DNA of 64,000 nucleotides, taken from Candidatus Latescibacterota bacterium (GTDB taxonomy: Bacteria > Latescibacterota > UBA2968 > UBA8231). The notes beneath the pieces are model-generated. The model saw only the letters and a list, made by a program, of their open reading frames with translations. It was not told the origin of the DNA and searched no databases. The stretch lies in contig CBDAOB010000003.1 in assembly GCA_965197905.1 (NCBI GenBank), positions 512,001-576,000 on the forward strand, written 5' to 3'. A program made the translations under genes and the position numbers. This document shows positions 28,630-38,636 of the stretch, piece by piece (within the stretch, counting starts at the first letter, position 1; each line of letters starts with the position of its first letter).

Positions 28630-30859
28630 ATGACTTCAGTCACCGCCTTGAAACGTGTGGGTTCCACGTCAAAGCGCCTGGCCGATAAGCCGTACGAAAA
28701 GCGGCTCTGCCGCATCGAGTCCCACTACCCTCCCCCACCGGACCAGGGAGGCAAACAGATGGTTACGATCACACCGGAGGAATACCTCGAGGTCATCGAC
28801 GACTGCGGCTACGAGGTCATCGTGATCAGCGGGGAGCACAATCGCGGCACGCCACGCTTTCCTTCGAAGATATTCGCACCCCACCCACAGCTCGCCAACG
28901 ACATGCTGCCGCGATTTATCGAGTTGTGCCATGAGAAGGGGATTGTCGTCCTCTCCTACTACCCGATCATCTTCTCCAAACCGCTGCGCCAGGTCCATCC
29001 GGAATGGCTGATGCAGTTTCTCGACGACGGCCGGCCGGATCCGGAGAACGAGGGGTGGTTCTGCTTCAACTCCCCGTTCCGCGACTGGCTGCCCGGCTGT
29101 TTGCACGAATACATGGAGCTGCTCGACATCGACGGGCTGTACTTCGACGACATCAACTGGGGCTCTCACGCCGACAGTCCCTACACTCCGTCTTGCTGTT
29201 GCGATTATTGTGTCAAACTATTTCGCGAAGAGACCGGATTCGAGGTCCCGCGCAAGGTCGACTTCGACTCGAAGGACTTCCGGCATTTTGTCAACTGGCG
29301 CTACGAGAAACTCACTGAGTTTCTGCACCACCTGTTCAGTTCCGTGAGAGAAAAGTATCCCGACGCGATCCTGGATATGAACACCTACTACTGGCTTGGC
29401 GCCGAGTGGTCGCAGGGCCATCCTTTGAGTTCGTTCCGTCTGGAGGAGGTAGGTGGCTATTCGTTCGTTGAGTGTTTTCCGTACAGCCACCGATATCTGC
29501 GCACCCCCAGTTGGGTGGCCAAGGTGCTGCGCGCTACCGGCACGCCGTTCTCTCTGTTCCTGAACGGCAACCAGGGCATGCGGGGGTTTAGCTCGGTGCC
29601 GTACCCGGAAGGCCACGGCGAGAGCATCTTCGGCATGATCGCCCTGGCGCACGGCGGCGGTACCTGTGGGGCGCCGTTTGGCGGCTCCAGCGTCCACGGC
29701 GGCTACCTGTACCTCACCCCGGGACGGCCACAAGGAGATGTTCAGTCAAATCAAGAAGCGGGTGGAGTACGCGGAGGGCGAGAGCCTGAAATACCTGGCG
29801 TTGCACTGCTCAACCCAGAACCGCGACTTCGAGCTGAACGAGATCTGCCGCGACCCGGTGGCCTCGCACAACTGGAGCGGCCGCCTGAGACAGAAGTTCA
29901 TGTTCGGGGCGTATGAGATGCTCAACGGCTCACAGATTCCGCTCGACTTCGTGTTGGACGAACACCTCGTTGGCGAGCGCCTGGCACCGTATCAGATTCT
30001 CTTCCTGTCCAACAGCGCCTGTCTTTCGGATGAACAGTGCGCGGCGATTACCGCTTTCGTTCAGAAGGGCGGAAGGCTGATCGCGACAAGTGAAACGTCG
30101 TTGTTCGACGAGCTGGGGTACGAACGCAAGAACTTCGCGTTGGCCGATCTACTGGGGGTGGACTTTGTCGGCCGTTGCGGTGGCGGAGAGGAGCACGGTG
30201 TCGCCTACGTGGCGCACGAAGACTGGATACGGGAACGGACGGGTGAGCTGGTCTGTTTTTACGGCCGCGACCTGGAGGTTTCGCTGAAGCCGGGAGCCCG
30301 CGCCATCTGCAGCCGCAGCACTTTATCCGCCGACAAGGACGACTTGAAGGATGGACTGTCGGCCTATCACCCCGGCGGAGACCACGATACGGGTCAACCT
30401 GCCGTTGTGATAAGCGAATACGGCAAGGGGAAGGTCGTTTACATCGCCGGCGACGTGGGGGGCGCTTTCATGAACAGCCCCTATCCCCCGCTGATGCGTT
30501 TTGTCGTCGGTTTGGTGAAGCAGACACCGCCGCCGGTGGAGATCGAGGGACCGCAAGCGCTGGAGATCACGGCTGCGCATCGGCCGTCCGGTGAGCTGAT
30601 GGTGCATCTGATCAACAATCCTGCGTCATTGATTCCGTGGCGTATCTATGACGACGAAGACATGCAGCGGTTACGGCCCGACATGGGCTCGTTCAATGCC
30701 GTGCTGGAGCTGCCACCGCTGCGGGACATTCGCGTTCGCCTCAACGATCCCGAGGTTAAATCTGTTCGAATGCCGTTGCTGGACCTGGATCTGGAAGTCA
30801 ACGATGGAGCCGTCTTGGTGCCTGAAGTGAAACTTCACGAGGTACTGCTCGCGAGCTAG
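28630..30859 (+). pseudogene. GH42-like TIM-barrel plus beta-galactosidase trimerisation-domain protein, split by a frameshift at ~29717-29720
   Basis: ORFs 28603..29916 and 29666..30859 align to the N- and C-halves of the intact paralog 59734..61974; CCCDYC and LFLSNSACLSD. Confidence 0.8.
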
Positions 30860-30933
30860 CCCGCGGCCATCTCGGCCGCGCCAACACCGGTCGGTGAGCA
30901 CCCGGGCCTATATACGGGTGGTAAACGGGGTCA

Positions 30934-31650
30934 ATGAACATCGTTCTCTTTTCAGAAAAAGAAATAGACCGCCCCCTTCTTCTAGACGACCCCCGCGCCG
31001 TTCATCTCCTTGAGGTTCTGAAGGTGGTGGAAGGAGATCTTTTCGACGTTGGGCTCATCGACGGCCCGAGGGGAAAAGGGCGAATTACAACGATCGGCGG
31101 GCGCGGTATTCAGTTCGAGTGTAGCTTCTCATCCGAGATTCCCCAGCTGTACGATGTCACCATGCTCATCGGTCTTCCCCGTCCGCCCAGTGCAAGACGC
31201 ATGCTGAGAGACTTGACTGCTCAGGGGGCAGGAGAGCTGCGGTTCGTGGTTACGGAAAAAGGCGAGAAATCATACCTGAACAGCCGCCTGTGGTCGCATC
31301 GCGAGTACGAGCGCCTGCTTTGCGAGGGCGCCGCACAGGCGTTTTGCACCTGTCTTCCAAAGGTCTCGGTCCACTCTTCACTATCGGACTGCGTCGAAGG
31401 CCTCGAAGGGCAAATGGACCTCCTCGCACTCGACAACTACGAGTCCAGCCTGCCGCTCGGCGCATACCGTCCCTGCCATAGCCGAACAGTTCTGGCTGTA
31501 GGCGCCGAGCGAGGTTGGTCCACTTCCGAACGCGATCTGCTGCGTGCACACGAGTTTACCCTGGCCAGCGTGGGCGAGCGCGTGCTGAAAACCGAAACCG
31601 CAGCTATTGTGGCGCTGGCGATTGTTCTGGCGAAGCGCGGGTTAGTCTAG
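30934..31650 (+). CDS. rsmE: 16S rRNA m3U1498 methyltransferase
   Basis: HLLEVLK, VGAERGWS and GERVLKTETA (SPOUT motifs). Confidence 0.85.
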   Translation: MNIVLFSEKEIDRPLLLDDPRAVHLLEVLKVVEGDLFDVGLIDGPRGKGRITTIGGRGIQFECSFSSEIPQLYDVTMLIGLPRPPSARRMLRDLTAQGAGELRFVVTEKGEKSYLNSRLWSHREYERLLCEGAAQAFCTCLPKVSVHSSLSDCVEGLEGQMDLLALDNYESSLPLGAYRPCHSRTVLAVGAERGWSTSERDLLRAHEFTLASVGERVLKTETAAIVALAIVLAKRGLV

Positions 31651-31688
31651 AGTCGCTGAAACCGCCGGCTGCCCAGTCCCCGCAAGAA

Positions 31689-33722
31689 TCACGGTTGACC
31701 CCACCCTGGATAAGGACGAGCCTGCTTGATGAACAAAACGGGCTCTCCCTTTGGATCGTCGCCAATCGGCTGATCGAATTTGAACTCCGTATCCATAGCA
31801 TACCACGAATTGTTACCGTAAACCGGTTGGAAGAATTCGTGAATCTCTTTCAGCGCGATCCCCAATCTGTGTACTTGGGCGTTGGTCAGGACCGTCTTTC
31901 CCTTGGGCACGAGATTGGAATGGGCGATGAAGATGATCGGTTGTCCCGGGAAATCGAACTGATAGATAAATTGATCCGATGTTACCCCGGGATCCGGCTG
32001 CACCACTGATTCTTCGCCGATCTGCACATTGATGTAGAACCCCGGCTCCAGTCCCGATGGATCGAACGGGTTGGCGGTGATGCCCACCCCGTTCGCTTCT
32101 TCATCGGGGAACGAGTTATGCACCAGCAATGCCATGCCGACCGCCTGGTGGTCGATGCCGCGAAAACTGCGTTCCTCGAAAGCCCGAAAGTTCCACACGC
32201 TAGCCCAGACCCGGCGCACCGCATCTAGTACGGGATAATTGCGATCATTGGGATCGCCGCTCCGCGAAGTGAAGAGGCCAGCACCGGTGAAACCGTCCAG
32301 ATCCTCGGCGTTAGTGCTGGAGCGGAATCGCATTCTGATGCCGGGATAGTCGGCGTTAAGTTTTGCCAACAACGCCGCCTCGAACTCGGGATCAACGATC
32401 GCCTCTCTCATCGCCACGCGCAGCTCTTTGAGACGTTTGTCGCGAATGGCGGGATCGTCCTGAAAGGAATGGTCGGCCAGCAGCTGCGTGACTTGCTCGT
32501 GAAAACCGTTCTGAACCATGAACTGCCAGTAGTAAAAAACCGGTACGGCAAACGCCTTGGGGAAAGGCACCTTCTCGTTGTCCATGTGCGGGAAAGCGGC
32601 AAAGTGGCTCGCTTTTCCACCAAAGGCGAGAATCGCCAGCGCCAGCGCATCGCCGAGGGCATGGCTCTTGAGATCGAGAATATCTTCGATGTCGCGAAGC
32701 TCTCGGGTCTCCAGATCCAAAGACGGTACTGAGATTTCTTCTAGCTTGTCCTGTTCCCACCAGGCATCGGCCTCTTCTTTACTCACCTCGGCGATTGAAA
32801 ATTCGAAAGGTCCGACATCGAGCCTGACCCATTTTCCTTCGAGGGCCCGAAGATCTTCTCTGGAATAGGCGCCGCGCAGTGCCATATTGGGCGTGCCGCG
32901 ATTCTGCGAGAGGACGTTGATGTGTGCCAGAGGGGTCTGAAACTCCTGAGTGATGATGCCGGCGACGGCTGAGATATCGTTGGGCACTTGGTCCAGCACG
33001 GCGATGTCGCGAAAACCGACATACTCGGTCTCGAGCTCTCTGGCAGTAATAAAAACCAGCCTGCCCAGGCTCGATCCATAATTGAGCGCCTGGTAGTCAA
33101 TGCCTTCGTAGAGCTCGTCGGTCGTGATTAATTGCACCGAGTTGGGGAGGTTTTGCGCCTCCAGCTCTATTGCTTGGGAGGTCGGATGGAAGTAGAGCTC
33201 ATCGCCGCAGAAACAGGACTCGATGATTTGCTGAAAGGCCGCGCTGATCATCTCGGCGTCGGCGTTATCGTACGGTGCGACTTCATAGGTCCAGACCCCG
33301 GGCCCTTCGTAGCGGGTGATTGCCCCCAAGACAAAGCGACGATTCGGATCATAATATTCTGTGAGATTGAACTGGGACAGAGCTGGGACGATAGGTCTGC
33401 CGTCCCCGGAAAGGTTGGCTGACGTGAAATCCCAATGGATCGGATACCTCTTGCTGTTCTGGAAATAGAGCGTGTTGGCGTCAGCCCGATCGATGACGGT
33501 CTTGGCTGAGGTGGCACCGGGTATGGATGCGTCAGCCGGCTCTGATGCCAGGGTAATGAAGTCGGCTTCACAGCCAATGGTGTTCGTGAAATCCGGCGCA
33601 TCGCCGGCGGCGATCACGCAAGCCCCTCGCAACGGCTCCGGACCGGTCGTGGAGTCGTCACCGCACGAGAAGGCGAGCAGGGCGAGAGAGAATACGAACG
33701 ACTGTCCTGTCCTCACTGGCAT
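31689..33722 (-). CDS. Lipoprotein with phospho-His swivel domain and PPDK/PPS-type ATP-grasp domain
   Basis: Lipobox-like LAFSC; IITQEFQTPLAHINV; then GGKA, RSSTNAEDL..FTGAG, VWASVW and DTEFK...KQARP. Confidence 0.8.
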   Translation of the reverse strand: MPVRTGQSFVFSLALLAFSCGDDSTTGPEPLRGACVIAAGDAPDFTNTIGCEADFITLASEPADASIPGATSAKTVIDRADANTLYFQNSKRYPIHWDFTSANLSGDGRPIVPALSQFNLTEYYDPNRRFVLGAITRYEGPGVWTYEVAPYDNADAEMISAAFQQIIESCFCGDELYFHPTSQAIELEAQNLPNSVQLITTDELYEGIDYQALNYGSSLGRLVFITARELETEYVGFRDIAVLDQVPNDISAVAGIITQEFQTPLAHINVLSQNRGTPNMALRGAYSREDLRALEGKWVRLDVGPFEFSIAEVSKEEADAWWEQDKLEEISVPSLDLETRELRDIEDILDLKSHALGDALALAILAFGGKASHFAAFPHMDNEKVPFPKAFAVPVFYYWQFMVQNGFHEQVTQLLADHSFQDDPAIRDKRLKELRVAMREAIVDPEFEAALLAKLNADYPGIRMRFRSSTNAEDLDGFTGAGLFTSRSGDPNDRNYPVLDAVRRVWASVWNFRAFEERSFRGIDHQAVGMALLVHNSFPDEEANGVGITANPFDPSGLEPGFYINVQIGEESVVQPDPGVTSDQFIYQFDFPGQPIIFIAHSNLVPKGKTVLTNAQVHRLGIALKEIHEFFQPVYGNNSWYAMDTEFKFDQPIGDDPKGEPVLFIKQARPYPGWGQP

Positions 33723-34681
33723 CGGAAGTCCGGCCGGCAGCTCTGCCCTCCGGGACAGTCGGCGTCGCCATTGCAGGATATGACCCCTGGGATCTCCAGG
33801 ATCTTCGTGACCATCGACTCGACAACGAGGTCTACCTTGGCGGGCGGATCGGTCGAACCGATCGTTCCGCGAGCGATTTCGATCTTTGGGAACCCCGAAA
33901 TGCCGAGCGCCTTGAGCTGCTCAAGCAATGAAGCGGACACGTCCAGCGACCCCGTGTCGGGGCATTCGCACACCACCCTGCCTTTTGTCCCACCATGATA
34001 GCTGATATCGAATGCGACCGAGATGGTGGTCACATCCATCTGTGCCGACGGTGTCCATTCCAGCAAAACCGGCTCGCCGCCAAGTTCGATGGATTCGTTG
34101 GCGATCTCGAGGGGGCTGATTCCTTTGGCTGTGACCGCGAAGGTCGACACCGATTTAGTGCCGTTGGCGGCAAAGGTGATGTCGTCTCCTGCGGAAAAAG
34201 CGGGAAATGCTAGACGAGTACCACCTGGTGGCTGGTAGTTGTTGGCAATGGGCTCCATGGAAAAAGCGGTCTCGCCGGCAACCGTCAGCAATCCGTCCAC
34301 CTGCACCGTACCCACGGTAATGGCCGCAGGAAAGGATTGACACCGACCATCCTCGACGCAGAGAGCGCCGCCGTCGCACGGTTGCTCACAAAAGGGCACG
34401 CGCGGAGTAAGCAGCCGGCAATCGCCGCTGCTCGCCGCTTCCTCCCAGATTATGGCACCAGGGGTCGGGCCGTCTTGAATACGGCCCAATACCGCGGTGA
34501 AACCAGGCTTCGTACCCTCCGGAGCCACGAGAGAAACCTGAAACGTGCCAAAAGGCTCAACACTGCCCGAGGACGAATTTCCATCGCCTGAAGAGCTGTC
34601 TCTACCGCACGAATTGGTACAAAGAAATAGGGCGAGGATCCAACCCGGGAATCTCGCTCCACGAAACAATGTCGTCATCAC
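33713..34681 (-). CDS. Cys-rich hypothetical lipoprotein
   Basis: Signal peptide ending TNSC; CEQPCDGGALCVEDGRC and C-terminal CNGDADCPGGQSCRPDFRC; stop overlaps the next start. Confidence 0.7.
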   Translation of the reverse strand: MMTTLFRGARFPGWILALFLCTNSCGRDSSSGDGNSSSGSVEPFGTFQVSLVAPEGTKPGFTAVLGRIQDGPTPGAIIWEEAASSGDCRLLTPRVPFCEQPCDGGALCVEDGRCQSFPAAITVGTVQVDGLLTVAGETAFSMEPIANNYQPPGGTRLAFPAFSAGDDITFAANGTKSVSTFAVTAKGISPLEIANESIELGGEPVLLEWTPSAQMDVTTISVAFDISYHGGTKGRVVCECPDTGSLDVSASLLEQLKALGISGFPKIEIARGTIGSTDPPAKVDLVVESMVTKILEIPGVISCNGDADCPGGQSCRPDFRCQ

Positions 34682-34721
34682 ACCTGAGGTCGGAGATTCA
34701 GTCAGAAAGAAAGCTCCTTCC

Positions 34722-35570
34722 TTAGGGATTTAGAGCGAAGCAGTAGAACCCACCATACCCTCCACCGGATCCGACTTTGTCGGAACCGGGAGGTGGACGT
34801 CCCTCGGTACCGACCCCCGGTGCGCAACCAGGAGCAGCCAGTTCGGAGATCCAGTGAGCACCCCGGGTACCCCTTCCGCGGGGCCAGGACATGCCGGAAC
34901 GGGGTTGTCCGTTGGAGGACGAGCCGTCGGCGGTGGTCCAATCACGGCAAGTAGCCTCCGCAGCATAGAGTTCGCCAATGGTGTTAGAGCCGGTCAGCAT
35001 GTGATGGTTGTCCTGGGGCGGCCGGTTGGGGTCTGGCCGGTGATTGGGGACACCATCCTCGTTGGGGAGGTCATTCTGTATCTCCGGGTCCCCGTTTTCT
35101 GGGCGGATGTGCAACAGGTCCGCCTTGGTGGGAGCCACCAGTCTGCCGAGGCGGTCATACCACGGCCCTTCCCCAACTCGATCGATCGCATTCACCGGCT
35201 GGCCATTCTCGTCAGCTGTGACACTCAGGAACGCACGCCATTGCTTGGCCGACGAACCTGGCATGCTGCGGTCGGCGATGGCGGCACAGATCTTGTCGGC
35301 CCCACGCAGACCGGACCCTGGTCCGGTCTCGCCGAAACGGAGATCGCCCCCAAAGCCGTCTTCGCTGCCTGATAGGTCCTGCATCGCTTTGAGGCTGGTC
35401 ACAAAGAAACTGAAATGAGGGAGTGGTTCGGTATCGTTTCCGCCCGTCGAAGAGTCACTGCAGCCCCCCAATACCATGCCGGCCGCCAACATGCATAGGA
35501 GTGCGGTTCTGGCGCTTCTAGTGGAATGCAACGGTGTTCCTCCTCCCGGGATTGAAAGACACATCTGCAT
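34722..35570 (-). CDS. Lipoprotein with endostatin/C-type-lectin-like (DUF1554-like) domain
   Basis: Lipobox LGGC; FSFFVTS, GLRGADKIC, WRAFLS, TCRDWT and GGFYCFA. Confidence 0.7.
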   Translation of the reverse strand: MQMCLSIPGGGTPLHSTRSARTALLCMLAAGMVLGGCSDSSTGGNDTEPLPHFSFFVTSLKAMQDLSGSEDGFGGDLRFGETGPGSGLRGADKICAAIADRSMPGSSAKQWRAFLSVTADENGQPVNAIDRVGEGPWYDRLGRLVAPTKADLLHIRPENGDPEIQNDLPNEDGVPNHRPDPNRPPQDNHHMLTGSNTIGELYAAEATCRDWTTADGSSSNGQPRSGMSWPRGRGTRGAHWISELAAPGCAPGVGTEGRPPPGSDKVGSGGGYGGFYCFALNP

Positions 35571-35626
35571 TCACGGAGGTGCGGACGTGGTCACGATCCT
35601 GTAAATGAGAAATAATTAGGGAAGGC

Positions 35627-35650
35627 GCGGGGTTCTCAGCGGGGTTCTCA
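35627..35650 (-). promoter_or_regulatory. 12-bp tandem direct repeat upstream of the lipoprotein genes, candidate operator
   Basis: TGAGAACCCCGC x2 on the minus strand, next to an AT-rich tract, 57-80 nt upstream of ATG 35570. Confidence 0.4.
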
Positions 35651-35714
35651 ATGGCGCTGTCACCCTTGGCGTCGAAACCTGGAACTTCGGCCCACGTGTC
35701 AATTTGCCGTGTGT

Positions 35715-36746
35715 TCAGTCCCGCGACTCGTTCGCCGCGGCCTGGCGCCGGCGGATCCCCTCGGTGAATTCGTCCAGGTCCCAGCCGGCGCGCACAATCG
35801 CAGCCTTCAGCCCATCCGACCACTCTTCCGGAGGCATGCCCATCGCCCGCTCAGCAACCGCACGCCGGAACTCGCGCAACCGATCGATCCCATCGCCACC
35901 ACCCTCATCCGCCAGACTCTCGCGGGCTGCTTGGTAGCGCGCACGGCCTTGCTCGGGAGTCATCTCGCCGGCGGCGACTGCTGCCCGGATACGACGCCCG
36001 AGGTCGTCGAGTCCCGGGGTTGCCGCGTCGGGTGTCGCCGCCGCTTGACCCTGGCGAACTCGTTCGGCGATCGCCTCAACATCGTGACCGGCAGCAACGA
36101 TCTGGGCTTTCAGCTCTTCCGACCACTCTTCAGGCGGCGTGGAGCGAACCGCTGCCCAGTCGACGCCGTCATCTCTTTCTGAGCGCCCCATCTGCTGGCG
36201 CAGGCGGATCCCCTCGGCGAATTCGTCCAGGTCCCAGCCGGCGCGCGCGATCGCCGCCTTGAGCCTATCCGACCACTCCTCCGGCGGCACGGCCATAGCC
36301 CGCTCAACGACGCCACGCCGGAACTCGCTTAGCCTGGCGCTATCCTCGTCTTGCTCGGTGCGAGTCGCCTCTCCCTCCAGACGCTCGCGCGCCGCTTGGT
36401 AGCGCGCACGGCCCTGTTCGGGAGTCATCTCGCCGGCCGCGACCGCCGCCCGGATGCGACGCCCAATGTCGTTGAGGTCCGAGGCCGCATCGCGTGCCGC
36501 CACTTCTCCGGCCGTACCGGTTTGGGTTTTCAAGGCCTCTGACGACACTTCTGCTCCCGCACCGGCCGCGTCGGTGCCAGTGCTCTTGTCGTCGGTGCCA
36601 CAAGAAGGCAGGGTTACCGCGCAAGCTGCTGAAAAAAGAATGGCGGCCAGCAGGCGGGACCCCGCGCTCATGCGACGGGCATTGCCGCCGAGTGACCGAC
36701 GGATTCTCAGGGTCAAATCGGACTCCGTAGCGCCAATAACGTTCAT
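35715..36746 (-). CDS. Helical-repeat hypothetical lipoprotein
   Basis: AGAGGAG SD; LPSC; two copies of GRRIRAAVAAGEMTPEQGRARYQAARE and three of PPEEWS. Confidence 0.7.
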   Translation of the reverse strand: MNVIGATESDLTLRIRRSLGGNARRMSAGSRLLAAILFSAACAVTLPSCGTDDKSTGTDAAGAGAEVSSEALKTQTGTAGEVAARDAASDLNDIGRRIRAAVAAGEMTPEQGRARYQAARERLEGEATRTEQDEDSARLSEFRRGVVERAMAVPPEEWSDRLKAAIARAGWDLDEFAEGIRLRQQMGRSERDDGVDWAAVRSTPPEEWSEELKAQIVAAGHDVEAIAERVRQGQAAATPDAATPGLDDLGRRIRAAVAAGEMTPEQGRARYQAARESLADEGGGDGIDRLREFRRAVAERAMGMPPEEWSDGLKAAIVRAGWDLDEFTEGIRRRQAAANESRD

Positions 36747-36813
36747 GGGATTCTCCTCTTGAAATGAATCTTCAGGTGAGCCAGCTTGACGGCCCCCATC
36801 GCGCGCCGAATCG

Positions 36814-38295
36814 CTACCCGCTGACGTCGTGCAGCGGATAGAGCTTTCGTCCCAGCCTGCGAAAATTGATGTGGCTGGAATCGTGCAGGCTCGGCTCTGA
36901 GACCGCGTATACTGCTCCCGCCCAATCCTCGAAGCCGGCGCGAAAATGAGCGGTCGACTTCACGCCGATGTAGCGCATCTGCTGCGGATCCAGACCAAGC
37001 GTCTTTGAAAACGCCGTGTCGAACGGCTGTTCGCGCACAGTTGCCAGAATGACATGTATCCCGTCTTGTCGAATATAAGAGGATAAACCCATGCTGCCCT
37101 CGAGCCCTTCGTACATGGAGCCACCATAGCGGAACTTGCCGTCTGACAGTCCCACGACCTCGAATGTCATCGGCACTGGCTCCCCCTGCATGGGCGTCGA
37201 CTTGCCGCCTACATCCATTGTCAAGGTGGCGCCGATTCCAGCCTCATGGCACTCCGCGATCACTTCCGGGTCGACCATATACAGGACGCAAGCGTCCTGG
37301 AGACCGGCCTCAACGAAGGTCCGCAGCATGCCGGTACTGTCGCCTGGCGATCCCCCACCTGTGTTATCGTGCCGGTCGGCAAACACGATCGGGTATTTTC
37401 CTTCCGCGTCGCCCTGGGCGAGCGCTTCGCGCGTGGTGGGTACGTGAAAATGCCAGTCGGCGCGTCGTTCGTACAACCACGCGCCCAGCTCGTCGGCGTA
37501 GGATTGAGCCAGGGCCTGGTCGTTGTCGGTGGCGATGTAGACGGAAGCTCCCATGTCGGGCACATCGGACAGCGGGTAACAGGTCGCGATCGATCCGCAG
37601 ATGACCCCTGGTTGGGCCTCGATCCGGTGGAGCTCGTCGATCGCCTCCTTCATGGGTGAATGTGCAGTTACCTGATTCATGCCCCATATCATAGGAATCT
37701 GATGCAGGGCCATGGTCGGTTTCACACCTTCCTCATGGATTCGCATCAGGACATCGGCGCACTCTCTGCTACGTTCGGCCATGTCGGTCTCCGGATAACT
37801 CTTGCGCCCGATGAGCACGTCGGCGACCTCGACCATTCGGGCTGACACATTCGAATGGATATCCAGCTGTGCAAGAATGGGTGTGCCCGGGCCAACGACT
37901 TCGCGGATGGCGGCCATAATGTGGCCCTCCGGATCATCAATTCCGTCCACTTCGCCCAGGTTGCCCACCACCATCGAGCCATGCAGATCCAGCAGAACCC
38001 CATCGACTTCGCCGGCGTCGGCCACGCCCTGCAACAGGTCGTTCAGGATGCTGTCGAAAACCGGTCGCGGTGCGGGTGCGCTGGGCTGCGCTTCGGCGAA
38101 TGCCGTCGGAACGAGTTCGAATCCATGTTTATCGGCTCCGTCGATGAAACCGCCGATGGGGCTGTTGGTACCACGGTAGGTCTCGAGGATTTCGGCGCCC
38201 CGCTGATATCCGCGCTCTCGAAAGGAGTCCAGATTTGTCTGTACCAGGGTAAAAGTGCTCGTTTCGTGGCTAATTCCACCGGTTGCTACACGCAT
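36814..38295 (-). CDS. MlrC/M81 metallopeptidase
   Basis: GISHETSTF, LDLHGSM, LDIHSN, DNTGGGSPGD and VKSTAHFRA. Confidence 0.9.
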   Translation of the reverse strand: MRVATGGISHETSTFTLVQTNLDSFRERGYQRGAEILETYRGTNSPIGGFIDGADKHGFELVPTAFAEAQPSAPAPRPVFDSILNDLLQGVADAGEVDGVLLDLHGSMVVGNLGEVDGIDDPEGHIMAAIREVVGPGTPILAQLDIHSNVSARMVEVADVLIGRKSYPETDMAERSRECADVLMRIHEEGVKPTMALHQIPMIWGMNQVTAHSPMKEAIDELHRIEAQPGVICGSIATCYPLSDVPDMGASVYIATDNDQALAQSYADELGAWLYERRADWHFHVPTTREALAQGDAEGKYPIVFADRHDNTGGGSPGDSTGMLRTFVEAGLQDACVLYMVDPEVIAECHEAGIGATLTMDVGGKSTPMQGEPVPMTFEVVGLSDGKFRYGGSMYEGLEGSMGLSSYIRQDGIHVILATVREQPFDTAFSKTLGLDPQQMRYIGVKSTAHFRAGFEDWAGAVYAVSEPSLHDSSHINFRRLGRKLYPLHDVSG

Positions 38296-38430
38296 TGAAG
38301 GCTCCAGAAGCCAATTTTCCAGCTGCCGAATTGACGAAATTCGCCTAATTACCGCTGGTAGCTCATCTACCGGGGAGGAGATGTCGGCCTGGCTGCCGAT
38401 TGTGGCACACCGCTACCTGAGAGATAACCC

Positions 38431-38458
38431 TTGCAATCCATCCAATATTCCCCATATT
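38431..38458 (+). promoter_or_regulatory. Candidate sigma70 promoter for csp
   Basis: TTGCAA-N16-CATATT, followed by hairpin TTCTGCAA-ACG-TTGCAGAA (38474-38492). Confidence 0.4.
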
Positions 38459-38525
38459 AAGGCAATCGCGTTTTTCTGCAAACGTTGCAGAAGAGCATAA
38501 TCTGTTGGCAGTCGTTCTAATCGAA

Positions 38526-38636
38526 GTAGAGTCCTATCCTGGGCCGGAAGTAGTCTCCTACCCTGTGTAGTTTGCTACCCCCAAAGTAGAGCCTACCCCG
38601 TAGTGTCCTACCTAGACTCAAGTATAGATTCCTACC
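38526..38636 (+). repeat. Array of six GTAG-N3/4-CTAC mini inverted repeats in the csp leader
   Basis: Units start at 38526, 38550, 38567, 38586, 38600 and 38624; four are perfect and two have one substitution. Confidence 0.8.

Noticed and set aside
38526..38636. csp-leader array as a CRISPR array
   Set aside because: Units are 11-12 nt with 3-12-nt gaps, far too short.
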